DNA of 64,000 nt. Source: a virus (lineage: Duplodnaviria > Caudoviricetes). Location of the stretch: positions 25,836-89,835 of IMG/VR virus record IMGVR_UViG_3300032309_002614. One strand, written 5' to 3'. Position 1 is the first letter of the stretch; each line of letters opens with the position of its first letter. Shown here in pieces: positions 1-10,195 of the stretch. The position numbers and the translations under genes are program-made. Below the pieces are notes generated by a model. That model ran no database searches. It had not been told where the DNA came from and saw only the letters and a program-made list of their open reading frames with translations.

Positions 1-1
1 A

Positions 2-145
2 ACACCCGCTCCCCCTACTGGCAATATCACTCCTGATGCAACTATCGAAGGATTAAAAATTGATGAAAAATTAAAAAAAGAGCAAGAAGCCGCAGCCCCA
101 AACAATCCCGGTTTACAAAGTCCGAGGTTCAATCCAAAAGCCTAA
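2..145 (+). CDS. 3' end of a gene entering the window (Pro-rich C-terminus), unknown product
   Basis: Open frame from nt 2 (TPAPPTG...FNPKA) to TAA at 143-145, followed by a terminator. Confidence 0.6.
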   Translation, partial: TPAPPTGNITPDATIEGLKIDEKLKKEQEAAAPNNPGLQSPRFNPKA

Positions 146-152
146 TTTAAAT

Positions 153-181
153 AAAACCGCTGGGCAACCAGCGGTTTTTTG
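153..181 (+). terminator. Intrinsic terminator
   Basis: AAAACCGCTGG-GCAA-CCAGCGGTTTTTT hairpin plus U-tract. Confidence 0.9.
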
Positions 182-184
182 CTG

Positions 185-212
185 TTGACATCTTGAGTTT
201 CTCTGTTACTCT
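185..212 (+). promoter_or_regulatory. Sigma70-type promoter, near-leaderless transcript
   Basis: TTGACA(185-190)-N16-TACTCT(207-212); ATG at 221. Confidence 0.7.
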
Positions 213-220
213 TAATACAG

Positions 221-541
221 ATGAATAAAAGAGAGCTATTAAATAAGCTTTTGCATATTCCTAAAAAAGTTCATCCGTCATTCTGGGGTAAACAATTCAG
301 AATATTAAACTCTCTTCTCAAAAAGTTTCCAGATATGAAATTCTGGGAACAGGTTGTAGTTATTAGAGTTGATTGCCTCACTTTATATGCTGGAGAAGAT
401 GCCAATGGAATAGCTGATAAATATAAGAAATATATTTTTCAACCTGAATTAAAGAATATAGAATTTCAGCTTGGTGAAAAAGCTGGACAAGACTATAATA
501 TTATGGTAAAACCTAAAACAATTAAAGACTTTCTAAAATGA
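221..541 (+). CDS. Hypothetical protein
   Basis: 106-aa ORF after the promoter, overlaps recA start (ATGA). Confidence 0.8.
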   Translation: MNKRELLNKLLHIPKKVHPSFWGKQFRILNSLLKKFPDMKFWEQVVVIRVDCLTLYAGEDANGIADKYKKYIFQPELKNIEFQLGEKAGQDYNIMVKPKTIKDFLK

Positions 542-1713
542 GTAAAAAGAATAATAATAAAGAAGAAGTAGATAGTGGTAAAATTACTACATCTCAAGAT
601 CAGCTAAAAAGCTTCTTGAAGCAAAATAAAGAATCTCATTATAATTACGAACCAACTATTGATTACAAGGTTTCAAGCGGCAGTCTCCTGCTTGATTACT
701 TTCTAGCTGGTGGTATCGGTACTGGATTGCATCGATTCTGTGGAATCAATGAAGGAGGAAAAACGAGTTGCGCTCTTCAATTCATGAAGAACTTCTTAGA
801 TCAACCTAAGAAGCGCAAAGGATTTTATATCAAAGCTGAAGGTCGATTGAGCAATGAAATGATCACTCGCTCTGGAGTTAAGTTTGTATTCAATGAAGAA
901 GAATGGGTCGAAGGTACATGTTTTGTTTTTGAGTCAAATATTCATGAAACGGTATTTGATGCAATGCGAGAACTAGTTGGTAAGAATGATGAGAAAATGA
1001 TGTATTTCTTTCTCCTAGATTCTGTCGATGGTTTAATTAGAAAGGGTGATCTTGATAAAACCTTCGAAGAGTCGCAAAAGGTTGCTGGCGGTGCAGTAAT
1101 CGCAGCAGATCTTATGAAGCGCATGTCTATCGCACTTCAAAAGCGTGGACATATTGCAGTATTTATTTCTCAAGTTCGTGCTGATATCAAACTTGATCCA
1201 TACAGCAAGGCTCCAATTCGTCAAACGACTGCTACAGGTGGTAACGCTTTGCTACATTTTGCTAACTGGATTTTTGAATTTGATGCTCGTTTTAAGGGTG
1301 ATCTAATTCTTGAAGATCCTAACGCTTCTTACGATGAGCAAAAGAATCCATATCTTGGACACTTTGTGAAGATCGTTGTTAAGAAGTCTCCAAATGAAAG
1401 AACTAACTGCACTATTCGATATCCAATTAAATATGGAAGAAAGAATGGTACTTCTAATTGGGTAGAAAAGGAAATCTTTGATTTTCTAACTATGTGGGAA
1501 ATCGCTATTAAGAAGGGAGCTTGGATTAGCTTTGATGAAGAGTTTCTTAATACTTTAAAAGAAGCTGGCTTTACAGAATTTCCTGCTCAAATTCAAGGAG
1601 CAGCTAAGTTTGAACAAATTGTCAACGACAATGAAAAACTTAAGAATTTCTTCTTTAAGTATATCAGCGAAAACCTACTAAATTTTGGCGATGGAATTTC
1701 TATCTCTGAGTAA
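538..1713 (+). CDS. recA: RecA/UvsX-like recombinase
   Basis: SSGSLLLDYFLAGG, Walker A GINEGGKT, Walker B LLDSVD, FISQVR, TATGGNALLHFA. Confidence 0.9.
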   Translation: MSKKNNNKEEVDSGKITTSQDQLKSFLKQNKESHYNYEPTIDYKVSSGSLLLDYFLAGGIGTGLHRFCGINEGGKTSCALQFMKNFLDQPKKRKGFYIKAEGRLSNEMITRSGVKFVFNEEEWVEGTCFVFESNIHETVFDAMRELVGKNDEKMMYFFLLDSVDGLIRKGDLDKTFEESQKVAGGAVIAADLMKRMSIALQKRGHIAVFISQVRADIKLDPYSKAPIRQTTATGGNALLHFANWIFEFDARFKGDLILEDPNASYDEQKNPYLGHFVKIVVKKSPNERTNCTIRYPIKYGRKNGTSNWVEKEIFDFLTMWEIAIKKGAWISFDEEFLNTLKEAGFTEFPAQIQGAAKFEQIVNDNEKLKNFFFKYISENLLNFGDGISISE

Positions 1714-2098
1714 TAAGAAAAGACGTTGCAAAAATGCTCGCAATTATTTAATTAATTGGAGCATGGATAGCCGTAGTAAATTTCAAACTGAAGCTAAAAA
1801 ATTTTTACGAAACTATTGGCAGCATAATATTGTGTTTGAAGAGTTTCCAATTGTTGGCACTCGTCTTACCTTGGATTTTTATAACGCTAATAAAAAAATA
1901 GCTATAGAAGTTCAAGGTAGGCAACACACTGGTTTTGTTAAATTCTTCCATGAAAATAGAATGAATTTTCTTCATCAATTAAATAGAGACAAGAAAAAAG
2001 AACGTTTCTGCGAACTTAATGAAATTACACTTGTAACTATTTTCGAAAACGATACAATAAATAAAGATCTTTTCGAAAGTCAAGGTGTAATATTATAA
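1685..2098 (+). CDS. Vsr/DUF559-like PD-(D/E)xK endonuclease
   Basis: LTLDFYNANKKIAIEVQGRQH; D..K...C....I.L..I C-terminal pattern. Confidence 0.7.
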   Translation: MAMEFLSLSNKKRRCKNARNYLINWSMDSRSKFQTEAKKFLRNYWQHNIVFEEFPIVGTRLTLDFYNANKKIAIEVQGRQHTGFVKFFHENRMNFLHQLNRDKKKERFCELNEITLVTIFENDTINKDLFESQGVIL

Positions 2099-2099
2099 T

Positions 2100-2360
2100 A
2101 TGAAGAAGGACTCTCAATCAGAGAATTTTAAACAGTTCAAAATTCCTGAAAACTATTTTAATAAACTATACGAGTTTAGTGGGTCCGATGAATCCTCGAA
2201 AGGATTTATAGTGGCTTATGTCTCTCAAGATGGATGCCCCATGATTTATACTAAAGTTGCTAATCCAATCGTAGAAATGGGCCTAGTTAAAGCTTTGGAA
2301 AAATATTTAGACGAAGTTAACAACGAACAGAATTCCATTGACATGACTGACGAGCCATGA
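2100..2360 (+). CDS. Hypothetical protein
   Basis: 86-aa ORF, GTGTAA motif 9 nt upstream. Confidence 0.75.
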   Translation: MKKDSQSENFKQFKIPENYFNKLYEFSGSDESSKGFIVAYVSQDGCPMIYTKVANPIVEMGLVKALEKYLDEVNNEQNSIDMTDEP

Positions 2361-2375
2361 TAAAGTGCGCTCGGA

Positions 2376-3890
2376 ATGATTTATTCGTATGATTTAGAGA
2401 CTCAGTTGCTCGCTGGACTGATTAAATATCCAGAAAGATACGCAGATGTCGCATCTTTCGTGACAGAAAAAGACTTCTGGAGTGAAAGCTCTAAGATAAA
2501 TAGAACTATTTTTTGTGTGCTTCGTCAAGCAATTGACAATGGTGAAAAAATTGATGACGTAGTAATATCTCAAAGAGTAAAGAATTTTGGGGTAACTTTT
2601 GAGGACAATATCAATCCATCTGATTATATTGAATCTTTGTCTCTCAAGAAGTTGTCCCCAGAATCTATTATAAGCGTTGCTAAAGAGTTAAAGAAGTACA
2701 CTATTCGTCGCGAAATTGCGATGTGTGGTGCAGAGATCAACAAGAAGATGAAGTCTATATCTCCATCTTCTGATTATAATGTTATCATTGAATGCGCTGA
2801 TAAGCTTTATAATGATCAAATTAATCTCTATGAAACTGGTGCAGATCAACCAGAAAATATTTTTGATGAAATGGAAGCTCTTGTTGAAGAGCGTGGAAAT
2901 AATCCAGTCACTGAATTTGGATTCGCTGGACCGCATCCAAAAACTCAAGACATGTACGGTTCTCTTTTGAGACCGGGAAATATCACTGTTATCGTCGCTC
3001 GTTCAGGTGTTGGTAAGACTCAATTTTGTTTGGATTTTACTACAAAAGTATCTGAACAATATGAAGTACCAGTTCTTCATTTCGATAACGGTGAAATGAG
3101 CAAAGAGGAACTTATTTTTAGACAATGTGCTGCAATGTCCAAAGTTCCAATGTATCTATTAGAAAGCGGAAATTGGCGTAAGGCTGGCGCAGAAATTGTA
3201 GATAATGTTAGATCAGTATGGAAAACTATTAATAAACGATATAAGCATCTATATTATTATAATGTAGGCGGCATGAGCGTTGATGCACAAATCAGCGTTC
3301 TTAAAAGATTTTACTATTCCAAGATAGGTCGCGGAAATCCAATGATTTTTAGCTTTGATTATATCAAAGCTACAAGTGAAAATGGAGGTAATAAAACCGA
3401 ATGGCAGCTTGTTGGAGAGATGGTTGATAAATATAAGCGTTGTATTCAAAGAGATATCGTAAGCGATAAAGGCCCATGTATATCAATGATGACATCAGTG
3501 CAATCTAATCGTGCTGGTATCGTCACCAATAAAAATTCATCAAATATCACTGATGATGAAAGTATCGTTTCTCTTTCTGATCGTATTACTCAATTTGTTT
3601 CTCACTTGTTTATTTTGCGACAAAAAACTTCTGATGAATTGCAGAATGAAGTTGGTTTTGGAACACACAAATTCATTAATATAAAAGCTCGCCATCTTGG
3701 TAAAGATATAGCTGGAGCAATTAATCCAGTAAAACTTGCAGATGGAACTCTTAAAAAGAATTTTGTTAATCTTGAAATTGCTAATTTTTGTGTCTCAGAA
3801 AAGGGTGATTATAGAGATATCGTTGATGCTCTTGGTACAAACGCAACTGTAATTAAAGATAACGATGACGACGTACCTAACCTCGATTAA
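2376..3890 (+). CDS. dnaB: DnaB-like replicative helicase
   Basis: N-terminal E..LLAGL helical domain, Walker A ARSGVGKT, GEMS, FDYIK, SVQSNR, IKARH. Confidence 0.9.
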   Translation: MIYSYDLETQLLAGLIKYPERYADVASFVTEKDFWSESSKINRTIFCVLRQAIDNGEKIDDVVISQRVKNFGVTFEDNINPSDYIESLSLKKLSPESIISVAKELKKYTIRREIAMCGAEINKKMKSISPSSDYNVIIECADKLYNDQINLYETGADQPENIFDEMEALVEERGNNPVTEFGFAGPHPKTQDMYGSLLRPGNITVIVARSGVGKTQFCLDFTTKVSEQYEVPVLHFDNGEMSKEELIFRQCAAMSKVPMYLLESGNWRKAGAEIVDNVRSVWKTINKRYKHLYYYNVGGMSVDAQISVLKRFYYSKIGRGNPMIFSFDYIKATSENGGNKTEWQLVGEMVDKYKRCIQRDIVSDKGPCISMMTSVQSNRAGIVTNKNSSNITDDESIVSLSDRITQFVSHLFILRQKTSDELQNEVGFGTHKFINIKARHLGKDIAGAINPVKLADGTLKKNFVNLEIANFCVSEKGDYRDIVDALGTNATVIKDNDDDVPNLD

Positions 3891-4944
3891 TAATCAAGCA
3901 GAGGCTATTGAAAAAACGTTGATTGATCTTGGATATCAATTATCAGATCGCGGCAAATACTGGCAATGCAATGCCGTTTATCGTGATGGTGACAATAGAA
4001 CCGCTCTACAAATTTGGAAAGATACTGGAATCTGGAAAGATTTTGTAGCCAACACTTCTTATCAACCTTTTAAAAGACTTCTTGAGCTTACTTGTAATGA
4101 TGATTCAAAGATAGAAGAAATCTTGCAATCAATTAAGACTAATAATGATCCCTGTATAGAATCAATCAGAACACCCAAAATGGAATCAGATCAATTTTTT
4201 GACCATGATGAAGTAAAAACTTTGCTTCCTCACTATGATTTTTACAACAAGAAGAACATTAGCTCTGAAGTTCTTGAGCTTTATCGTTCTGGTTTTTCTA
4301 TGTCTGGAAAGATGAATGGTCGTTTCGTATTTCCAATATTCGATGAGAATAAAAAAGTAATCGGCATCAGTGGACGACATCTATTGTGGAAGCCAAACAA
4401 TTCTGCTCCTAAGTGGAAGCATATTGGCAGAAAAGGTAATTGGATTTATCCTATAAATCTTCAAGGCGAAGAAGATAATGTGTTTAAGAAAACTATTGAA
4501 GAGAAGCGTTCGATTATTCTTGTCGAAGGAATTGGCGACAGCTTGGCTTTATCTCAGCAAGGATATTATAATCATCTAGTAGTTTTCGGCTTGGAGATAA
4601 GCTCTAAACAATTGTCTTATCTAATGTCATTGTCTATAGATGAGGTTGTTATTTCCACAAACAACGATGCAGATAAAACTGACAATCGCGGACTTCAAGC
4701 TGCCATTAAAATATTCTTAAAACTTATTAAGTATATCGATATTGATAAAGTTAAAATCAAGCTTCCTATTTGTAAAGACTTTGGTGAAATGCTAGAGAAA
4801 GGTATTACAATGGAAAGATGGCACAATAAGAAAAGAGATAGAATAACTCAAGTAGAATACATTCTTGATTATGTATATAATAACGATAAGGATAAAAAGA
4901 CAATTTCTATTCTTAAAGATTATTTAGAAAGTCTAAAGCTTTGA
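3865..4944 (+). CDS. DNA primase (TOPRIM)
   Basis: RFVFPIFD...GISGR, KWKH, LVEGIGD, NNDAD, KDFGEM; follows the helicase. Confidence 0.85.
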   Translation: MTTYLTSINNQAEAIEKTLIDLGYQLSDRGKYWQCNAVYRDGDNRTALQIWKDTGIWKDFVANTSYQPFKRLLELTCNDDSKIEEILQSIKTNNDPCIESIRTPKMESDQFFDHDEVKTLLPHYDFYNKKNISSEVLELYRSGFSMSGKMNGRFVFPIFDENKKVIGISGRHLLWKPNNSAPKWKHIGRKGNWIYPINLQGEEDNVFKKTIEEKRSIILVEGIGDSLALSQQGYYNHLVVFGLEISSKQLSYLMSLSIDEVVISTNNDADKTDNRGLQAAIKIFLKLIKYIDIDKVKIKLPICKDFGEMLEKGITMERWHNKKRDRITQVEYILDYVYNNDKDKKTISILKDYLESLKL

Positions 4945-5993
4945 AGGAAATATTATCAGCCAGTAAAATCAAGACACTAAAATCCTGCTCATGGCAGTAT
5001 TGGTGCAAGTATCTTTTAAAGCTTCCAGATAAAACAAATTCTGGAGCTTTGATTGGCGATACTGTGCATATTATTCTTGAATGTCTTGGCCTAGCCAGAC
5101 ACAAAAAACATTATGACATTATTATAAAAAAACAAAATATCTTCGCTTCAAAAGCCATCAAGAGAATGGTTTATAAACACATCAAGCGAAAGAATCTTAA
5201 TGAACAAGAGAATCTGCAAGATATTTGTTCAATGGCTCTAAAAGGATTGATGTATGACTTTTTTGGCAAAAAGTTTGGTGAACCAACGGAAGTCATTTCA
5301 GAAAAAGATTTTGAGATCACCGTTCAAGAAGAAGATATTAATTATAAGATCAAGGGTTTTATTGATAAACTCTTTATTTATGGTGATCATGGAGTTGTAT
5401 TAATTAGAGATTTCAAAACGAATAAAAAGAAATATGAAGGCAAGGAAGTAACTGATAATCTACAAGATTATATGTATACTCTTGCTATTAGAAAGCTATA
5501 CCCCCATCTTAAAGATATTAAGATGGAATTCTTGTTCTTGAAACAAGATTTAAATACTGATGGAGTTATACCCATGCAAGCTAAAGATAAATATGAGCTT
5601 CTTGGCTTTGAGCATGAACTTACTGGCTATCAAAAATATGCCGATTCTTTTACAGATAAAACTGCTATATCTAACATGGCGGCAAAGCAAGGAATGCCTA
5701 AAGATGGTAGTTTTGCTGGAAAACTTTTATGTGGCTTTGCTAAACAACCTAATCAAATTAAAAAAGACGGTACTCCAATGTGGTATTGTACTTATAAATT
5801 TGGATTTGATTATTTTGCAATTGTAGACAAAGATGGCAAAGTAAAAAAATCAGCATTTACTAAAAAAGAATTGCAGAAAATTAAACTTCAAGAAGGAGAA
5901 AAATTAATAAAAAGCAAGTACGATGGATGCCCATGTTTTAAACCTGTTGAAACTCCTGACGATTTTGATGCTTTCGATCTTGACAAGTTCTAG
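4941..5993 (+). CDS. RecB/Cas4-like PD-(D/E)xK exonuclease
   Basis: LSASKIKTLKSC, G..VH..LE, KGFIDKL, IRDFKT, Q..MY; TTG start. Confidence 0.8.
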   Translation: MKEILSASKIKTLKSCSWQYWCKYLLKLPDKTNSGALIGDTVHIILECLGLARHKKHYDIIIKKQNIFASKAIKRMVYKHIKRKNLNEQENLQDICSMALKGLMYDFFGKKFGEPTEVISEKDFEITVQEEDINYKIKGFIDKLFIYGDHGVVLIRDFKTNKKKYEGKEVTDNLQDYMYTLAIRKLYPHLKDIKMEFLFLKQDLNTDGVIPMQAKDKYELLGFEHELTGYQKYADSFTDKTAISNMAAKQGMPKDGSFAGKLLCGFAKQPNQIKKDGTPMWYCTYKFGFDYFAIVDKDGKVKKSAFTKKELQKIKLQEGEKLIKSKYDGCPCFKPVETPDDFDAFDLDKF

Positions 5994-6007
5994 TTCTTCA
6001 CTAGAAT

Positions 6008-6775
6008 TTGGACGACATGCTACCATTGTTTAAATCTCATTTCAGTATAGGAAAATCTATACTGACTTTAGATGATCCAAAGAAGGTCACTGAAGGAGGA
6101 TCTGATAGTGTATTTAAGATCGCGAAAGACAACGGTCTTAAACAGGTTATATTAGTCGAAGACTCGTTGATTGGATTCTTTGAAGCGTACAAGCGCAGCA
6201 AAGAAATGGGTATTCAATTAATATTTGGCCTAAGACTTTCAATGAGAAACTCTGCTCTTCCAGAAGATGAAGGCAGTCAACATAAAGTAATTATATTTGC
6301 TAAGGATGATATTGGGTGCAAGTTACTCAATAAAATCTATTCAAAAGCCTTTTGCACCAATTCTGGATTTCTAAGCTATAGCGACTTGAAGGAGTTGTGG
6401 AACGAAACTTCTCTCAAGCTCGCTATTCCATTTTATGATTCATTTATTTATATAAATAATCTATCTTTTGGAAATGCTGTTCCTGATCTTTCTTTCACTA
6501 AAGCTACTTTGTTTTACGAAGATAACGCCTTAGCTTTAGATTATATTCTTCAAGAGAAGGTAAAAGAATTTTCTATCAATAACGAGATGCCAATGGTTAA
6601 AGTTCGCAGTATTTATTACAATAAGAAATCTGATGTCAAAGCTTTTATGGCATACAAGATAATTTGTAATCGATCTTTCGGCAAAGACCGTTCACTAGAA
6701 AAACCAGAGTTGCCTCATTTTTGCAGCGATAAATTTAGTTTCGAAGCTTGGAAGGAAGAAAATGCTACGATTTAA
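6008..6775 (+). CDS. PHP domain of DNA polymerase III alpha, as a stand-alone gene
   Basis: FKSHFSIGKS, F....K..G...IFGL, IIFAKDDIGCKLLNKI; start TTG 6008 or ATG 6017; promoter TTGACA(5980)-N16-TAGAAT. Confidence 0.8.
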   Translation: MDDMLPLFKSHFSIGKSILTLDDPKKVTEGGSDSVFKIAKDNGLKQVILVEDSLIGFFEAYKRSKEMGIQLIFGLRLSMRNSALPEDEGSQHKVIIFAKDDIGCKLLNKIYSKAFCTNSGFLSYSDLKELWNETSLKLAIPFYDSFIYINNLSFGNAVPDLSFTKATLFYEDNALALDYILQEKVKEFSINNEMPMVKVRSIYYNKKSDVKAFMAYKIICNRSFGKDRSLEKPELPHFCSDKFSFEAWKEENATI

Positions 6776-7391
6776 TAAAGAACAAAAGTATATTTGTTTC
6801 GATTTTGAAACCTGTCATCTAAATCTGCTTGATGATAGCAATAAGCCTTGGCAATTAAGTTATCTGATTGCTAAAGGCAGCAATATACTTAAAGAAGTAG
6901 ATAATCATATCTATTGGCCCGATCTTAAGCTCTCAGAAGGAGCAAAGATTGTGACTCATTTTGATGAACGTAAATACCATTCGTTAGCTGCCGATCCAAA
7001 AGAAGTTCTGGAGGCTTTTGAAGATTATATTTATAATGATGAGTATCTGATTATTGGACAAAATCTATTGGGCTTTGATGTGTATATTCATAATACATAT
7101 AGAAGACTGATGGGTAAGAAAAGCGACTTCTCTTATGTTAAGAGAATTATAGATACAAACTGTATCGCTAAAGCTATTAAAAAGAATCTCAAACCTCAAA
7201 GAGATTCTGATTTTACTTTTTGGCAGTATAGATTAAATGATTTTCGCGAGAAAGGTCTAAAGACAAGCATTAAAACTCAGTTGAAAGAATACAAGATTGA
7301 CTTCGATGAGAACATGCTTCACAATTCCATGTACGACGTTCAGATGAATTTTAAGATTTTTCAGAAGCAGCTTTGGCAAATTGAAATATGA
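6762..7391 (+). CDS. DEDDh 3'-5' exonuclease (DnaQ/epsilon-like proofreading subunit)
   Basis: DFET (Exo I), GQNLLGFD (Exo II), HNSMYD (Exo III). Confidence 0.85.
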   Translation: MLRFNKEQKYICFDFETCHLNLLDDSNKPWQLSYLIAKGSNILKEVDNHIYWPDLKLSEGAKIVTHFDERKYHSLAADPKEVLEAFEDYIYNDEYLIIGQNLLGFDVYIHNTYRRLMGKKSDFSYVKRIIDTNCIAKAIKKNLKPQRDSDFTFWQYRLNDFREKGLKTSIKTQLKEYKIDFDENMLHNSMYDVQMNFKIFQKQLWQIEI

Positions 7392-9148
7392 ATTTTTTAC
7401 AAGACATTAAAACTTATGATAACGCCATGCTTCCCGGCGTTCGATTGCCACAAATCTCCATCGAAAGTAAATATTACGATTTGTTGAGCATACCCACTTC
7501 TTCAGATAATTTTACATTTCTGAAGACTTTGTGTTGCAAGAGTTTAAATAACTTAGGATTAAATAATAATCAATATGTTGAGCGAATGGAGATGGAATTG
7601 GAAATCTTCAGAGAGCTTGATTTCGTTGATTATGTACTTCTCAACTGGGATATTCTTAATTACTGCCATGAAAATAATATTCCAACTGGTGCTGGTCGTG
7701 GTAGTGCTGCGGGTTCTTTGGTTCTATTTATTGTGGGTGTTACGAAAGTTGATCCCATAAAATACGAACTATTCTTTGAGCGTTTCGTTAGCCGTTCTCG
7801 CGCTAAGAAGATTATCAAAGATGATATTACTTATCTTGATGGTTCTCTTCTTCCTGACGTAGATAACGATATCAGCTATGATAGACGCGCAGAAGTAATT
7901 AAGTATATTGAGCAGAAACATCTTGGCAAAACATCGAAGATCTTAACTCTCAATACTCTTTCTAGTAAGCTTTGTATTAAAGAGTGCGGAAAGATTGTTG
8001 GCGCTTTATCAGAAACAGATGTTAATGAAGTCAGTGACAATATTCCTAAATTATTTGGACGGGTTTTTGATTTGGAAGAGGCTTACAAAGCTAATGATAA
8101 ATTTAAAGCTTGGGTTGATCAAAATAAATTCGTATTTGAAATAGCTAAGAAGATCGAAGGACTGAATAAGAATACTGGTGTTCATCCTTCTGGTATTGCT
8201 ATTTCTTATTATAAGATCGAAGAAGTTTGCCCAGTTCAAAAGACTTCTGATGGTGATTTAGTTAGCGGCTATGATATGAATTATGTAGCCGAACTAATGG
8301 TTAAGTTCGATGTTCTTGGCTTGAGAACTTTGACTGTAGTCAGCGAAGTTTGTAAAAGACTTAATATTGAAATGACTTCTATTGATCCAGAAGATCCTTT
8401 CATTTACGAAAGCTTTCAGAATCTTCGTACTCCACAAGGTCTATTCCAAATTGAAGCGGAAACCAACTTCAAGGTATGCCGTAAAGTTAAGCCCAAGTCT
8501 CTTGAACAGCTTAGTGCGGTAGTTGCTATTGCTCGTCCCGGTGCATTGGACTTCGCTGATCAGTATGCTACATATTCAGCTTCAGGAGTATTTCAGCTTG
8601 TTCACGATTTCTTTAAAGAAGAGCTTTCATATACTGGTGGCATTCCTCTTTATCAAGAGCAGTTGATGAAGATGGCTGTGCGTTTGGGATTCACTCTTGA
8701 TGAGTCAGAGCAGTTGCGACGTATCGTTGGTAAAAAGAAGGTTGATCAAATGCCAGCATGGCAAGGAAAAATTCGTCAGAAAGTTACAGAGCAGAATTTA
8801 GATATAGCAATTGGAGACGTATTATGGAAGGTGGCTGAAGACTCAGCGAATTATTCATTTAACAAATGTTTATTACCAGAAACTGTAGTTGAAAGCAAAG
8901 ATGGTCTAAAATGTTTAAGTGAGATTAAAAAAGGAGATTCTGTTTTAGCTTATGATGTAGAAAATAATATTGATCATTTTGTACAAGTTGTAGATATTCA
9001 TAAGAATGAAGTTGAAGTCTACGAAGTGGAAATGGAAGACGGAACAAAAATTTGCTGTTCTATGGATCATAAATTTCTATGTGGAGATAAAAAAATGCAT
9101 ACTCTCAGAGATATTATTTCTCAACGTTTAGAGATTATGTGTAAATAA
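7388..9148 (+). CDS. dnaE: DNA polymerase III alpha N-terminal part fused to N-intein (split intein N-half)
   Basis: GRGSAAGSL, FERF, PDVDND, HPSG, VKFDVLGL, YQEQLM, NYSFNK then CLLPET intein block A. Confidence 0.95.
   Translation: MNFLQDIKTYDNAMLPGVRLPQISIESKYYDLLSIPTSSDNFTFLKTLCCKSLNNLGLNNNQYVERMEMELEIFRELDFVDYVLLNWDILNYCHENNIPTGAGRGSAAGSLVLFIVGVTKVDPIKYELFFERFVSRSRAKKIIKDDITYLDGSLLPDVDNDISYDRRAEVIKYIEQKHLGKTSKILTLNTLSSKLCIKECGKIVGALSETDVNEVSDNIPKLFGRVFDLEEAYKANDKFKAWVDQNKFVFEIAKKIEGLNKNTGVHPSGIAISYYKIEEVCPVQKTSDGDLVSGYDMNYVAELMVKFDVLGLRTLTVVSEVCKRLNIEMTSIDPEDPFIYESFQNLRTPQGLFQIEAETNFKVCRKVKPKSLEQLSAVVAIARPGALDFADQYATYSASGVFQLVHDFFKEELSYTGGIPLYQEQLMKMAVRLGFTLDESEQLRRIVGKKKVDQMPAWQGKIRQKVTEQNLDIAIGDVLWKVAEDSANYSFNKCLLPETVVESKDGLKCLSEIKKGDSVLAYDVENNIDHFVQVVDIHKNEVEVYEVEMEDGTKICCSMDHKFLCGDKKMHTLRDIISQRLEIMCK
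8867..9145 (+). mobile_element. Split intein N-fragment (93 aa)
   Basis: Starts with Cys (CLLPETVV), block B CSMDHKF, ends at stop codon; no endonuclease domain. Confidence 0.9.
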
Positions 9149-9152
9149 TAGC

Positions 9153-10100
9153 ATGAGCGTTTTTAAAGATGAAGGTTTAAAAAAAATCATACCTATAGAT
9201 ATTTTTAATTATTGTATAATAGACAAAAAAACAAAAAAAGAAATTACAAATCTATTTCCTTCTAGGAATGAAGGTATTTATTATTTAAATAAATTTATAA
9301 ATTTTTTATCAAAATATCATAAAATTTCTATTCAAGAATATATTGAAAAATATTTTAATGAAAAATGGCCTATTTGTCCAATATCTAAAGAACCAGTTGG
9401 CTATAAAACCACAGGAATTGGACTTGTTCTTTCTAAGTTTAAAAGAGGCAAAGTAGACAAAAACAATAGCGTGGCTTTTAGAAAAGCTTGTGAAAAGTTT
9501 TCCCAAGAAAGACTTGGTAAAAACAATCCTATGTATGGTAAAAAAGCTTGGAATACTGGATTAAAAAAAGAGACTGATGAAAGAGTGGCTATAGTAGCAA
9601 AAAAAAGAACTGGTAAAAAAATGTCTCAAGATTCAAAAGATAAAATGAAAGAAGCTAGAGAAAGACATCCTTTAAAAGCTAGGCACACTACAAAACATTC
9701 GGAAGAATCAAAAGAAAAAATGAGAAAAGCCACCATTAATCGTTGGCAAATTGGTGAATTTTCATTCAAAATTACTTCTATAGAGAAAAAAGTAGATCAA
9801 TGGCTTAAAAATAACTGCGTTAACTACGTTTTTCAACACGGTATCGGCGGTTTTGTTGCCGATTTCGTTTGCTTAGATGAAAAAATTATAATAGAATGTC
9901 AAGGAGACTTCTTCCATTGCAATCCGTGTTTTGAAAAATATGCAGAACCAAAATACGATATACAAAAAAGAAATCTATATAGAGATAAAATAAAGAAACA
10001 GAAGTATAAAGATTTAGGATGGAAGTTGATAGAATTGTGGGAAAGCGACATTAACTCTGGAGAATTTAAAAACATTTTAAGATGCGAACTCAAAAAATAA
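9153..10100 (+). mobile_element. Free-standing homing endonuclease (NUMOD3-type repeats plus Vsr-like/EDxHD nuclease) between the split-intein halves
   Basis: GKNNPMYGKKAWN, HSEESKEKMR, ADFVCLDEKIIIECQGDFFHCNP, D..K.......GW.L..LWE. Confidence 0.85.
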
Positions 10101-10195
10101 TTTCGATTAAACCTTTAGGTTTAAAAAATACTTTAGATTTAGAAGTTAACCATTCAGATCATAATTTTTATGCTGAAGGCTTAGTTTCTTCGAAC
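10082..10195 (+). mobile_element. Split intein C-fragment (38 aa)
   Basis: MRTQKIISIK..., block F TLDLEVNHSDHNF, block G VSSN followed by Ser+1 (SHS). Confidence 0.9.

Noticed and set aside
5984-6009. Operator-like palindrome AAGTTCTAG-N7-CTAGAATTT in the PHP promoter
   Set aside because: Only one partial similar site (20734) was found; it does not match CIRCE or other operators I know, so there is too little support.
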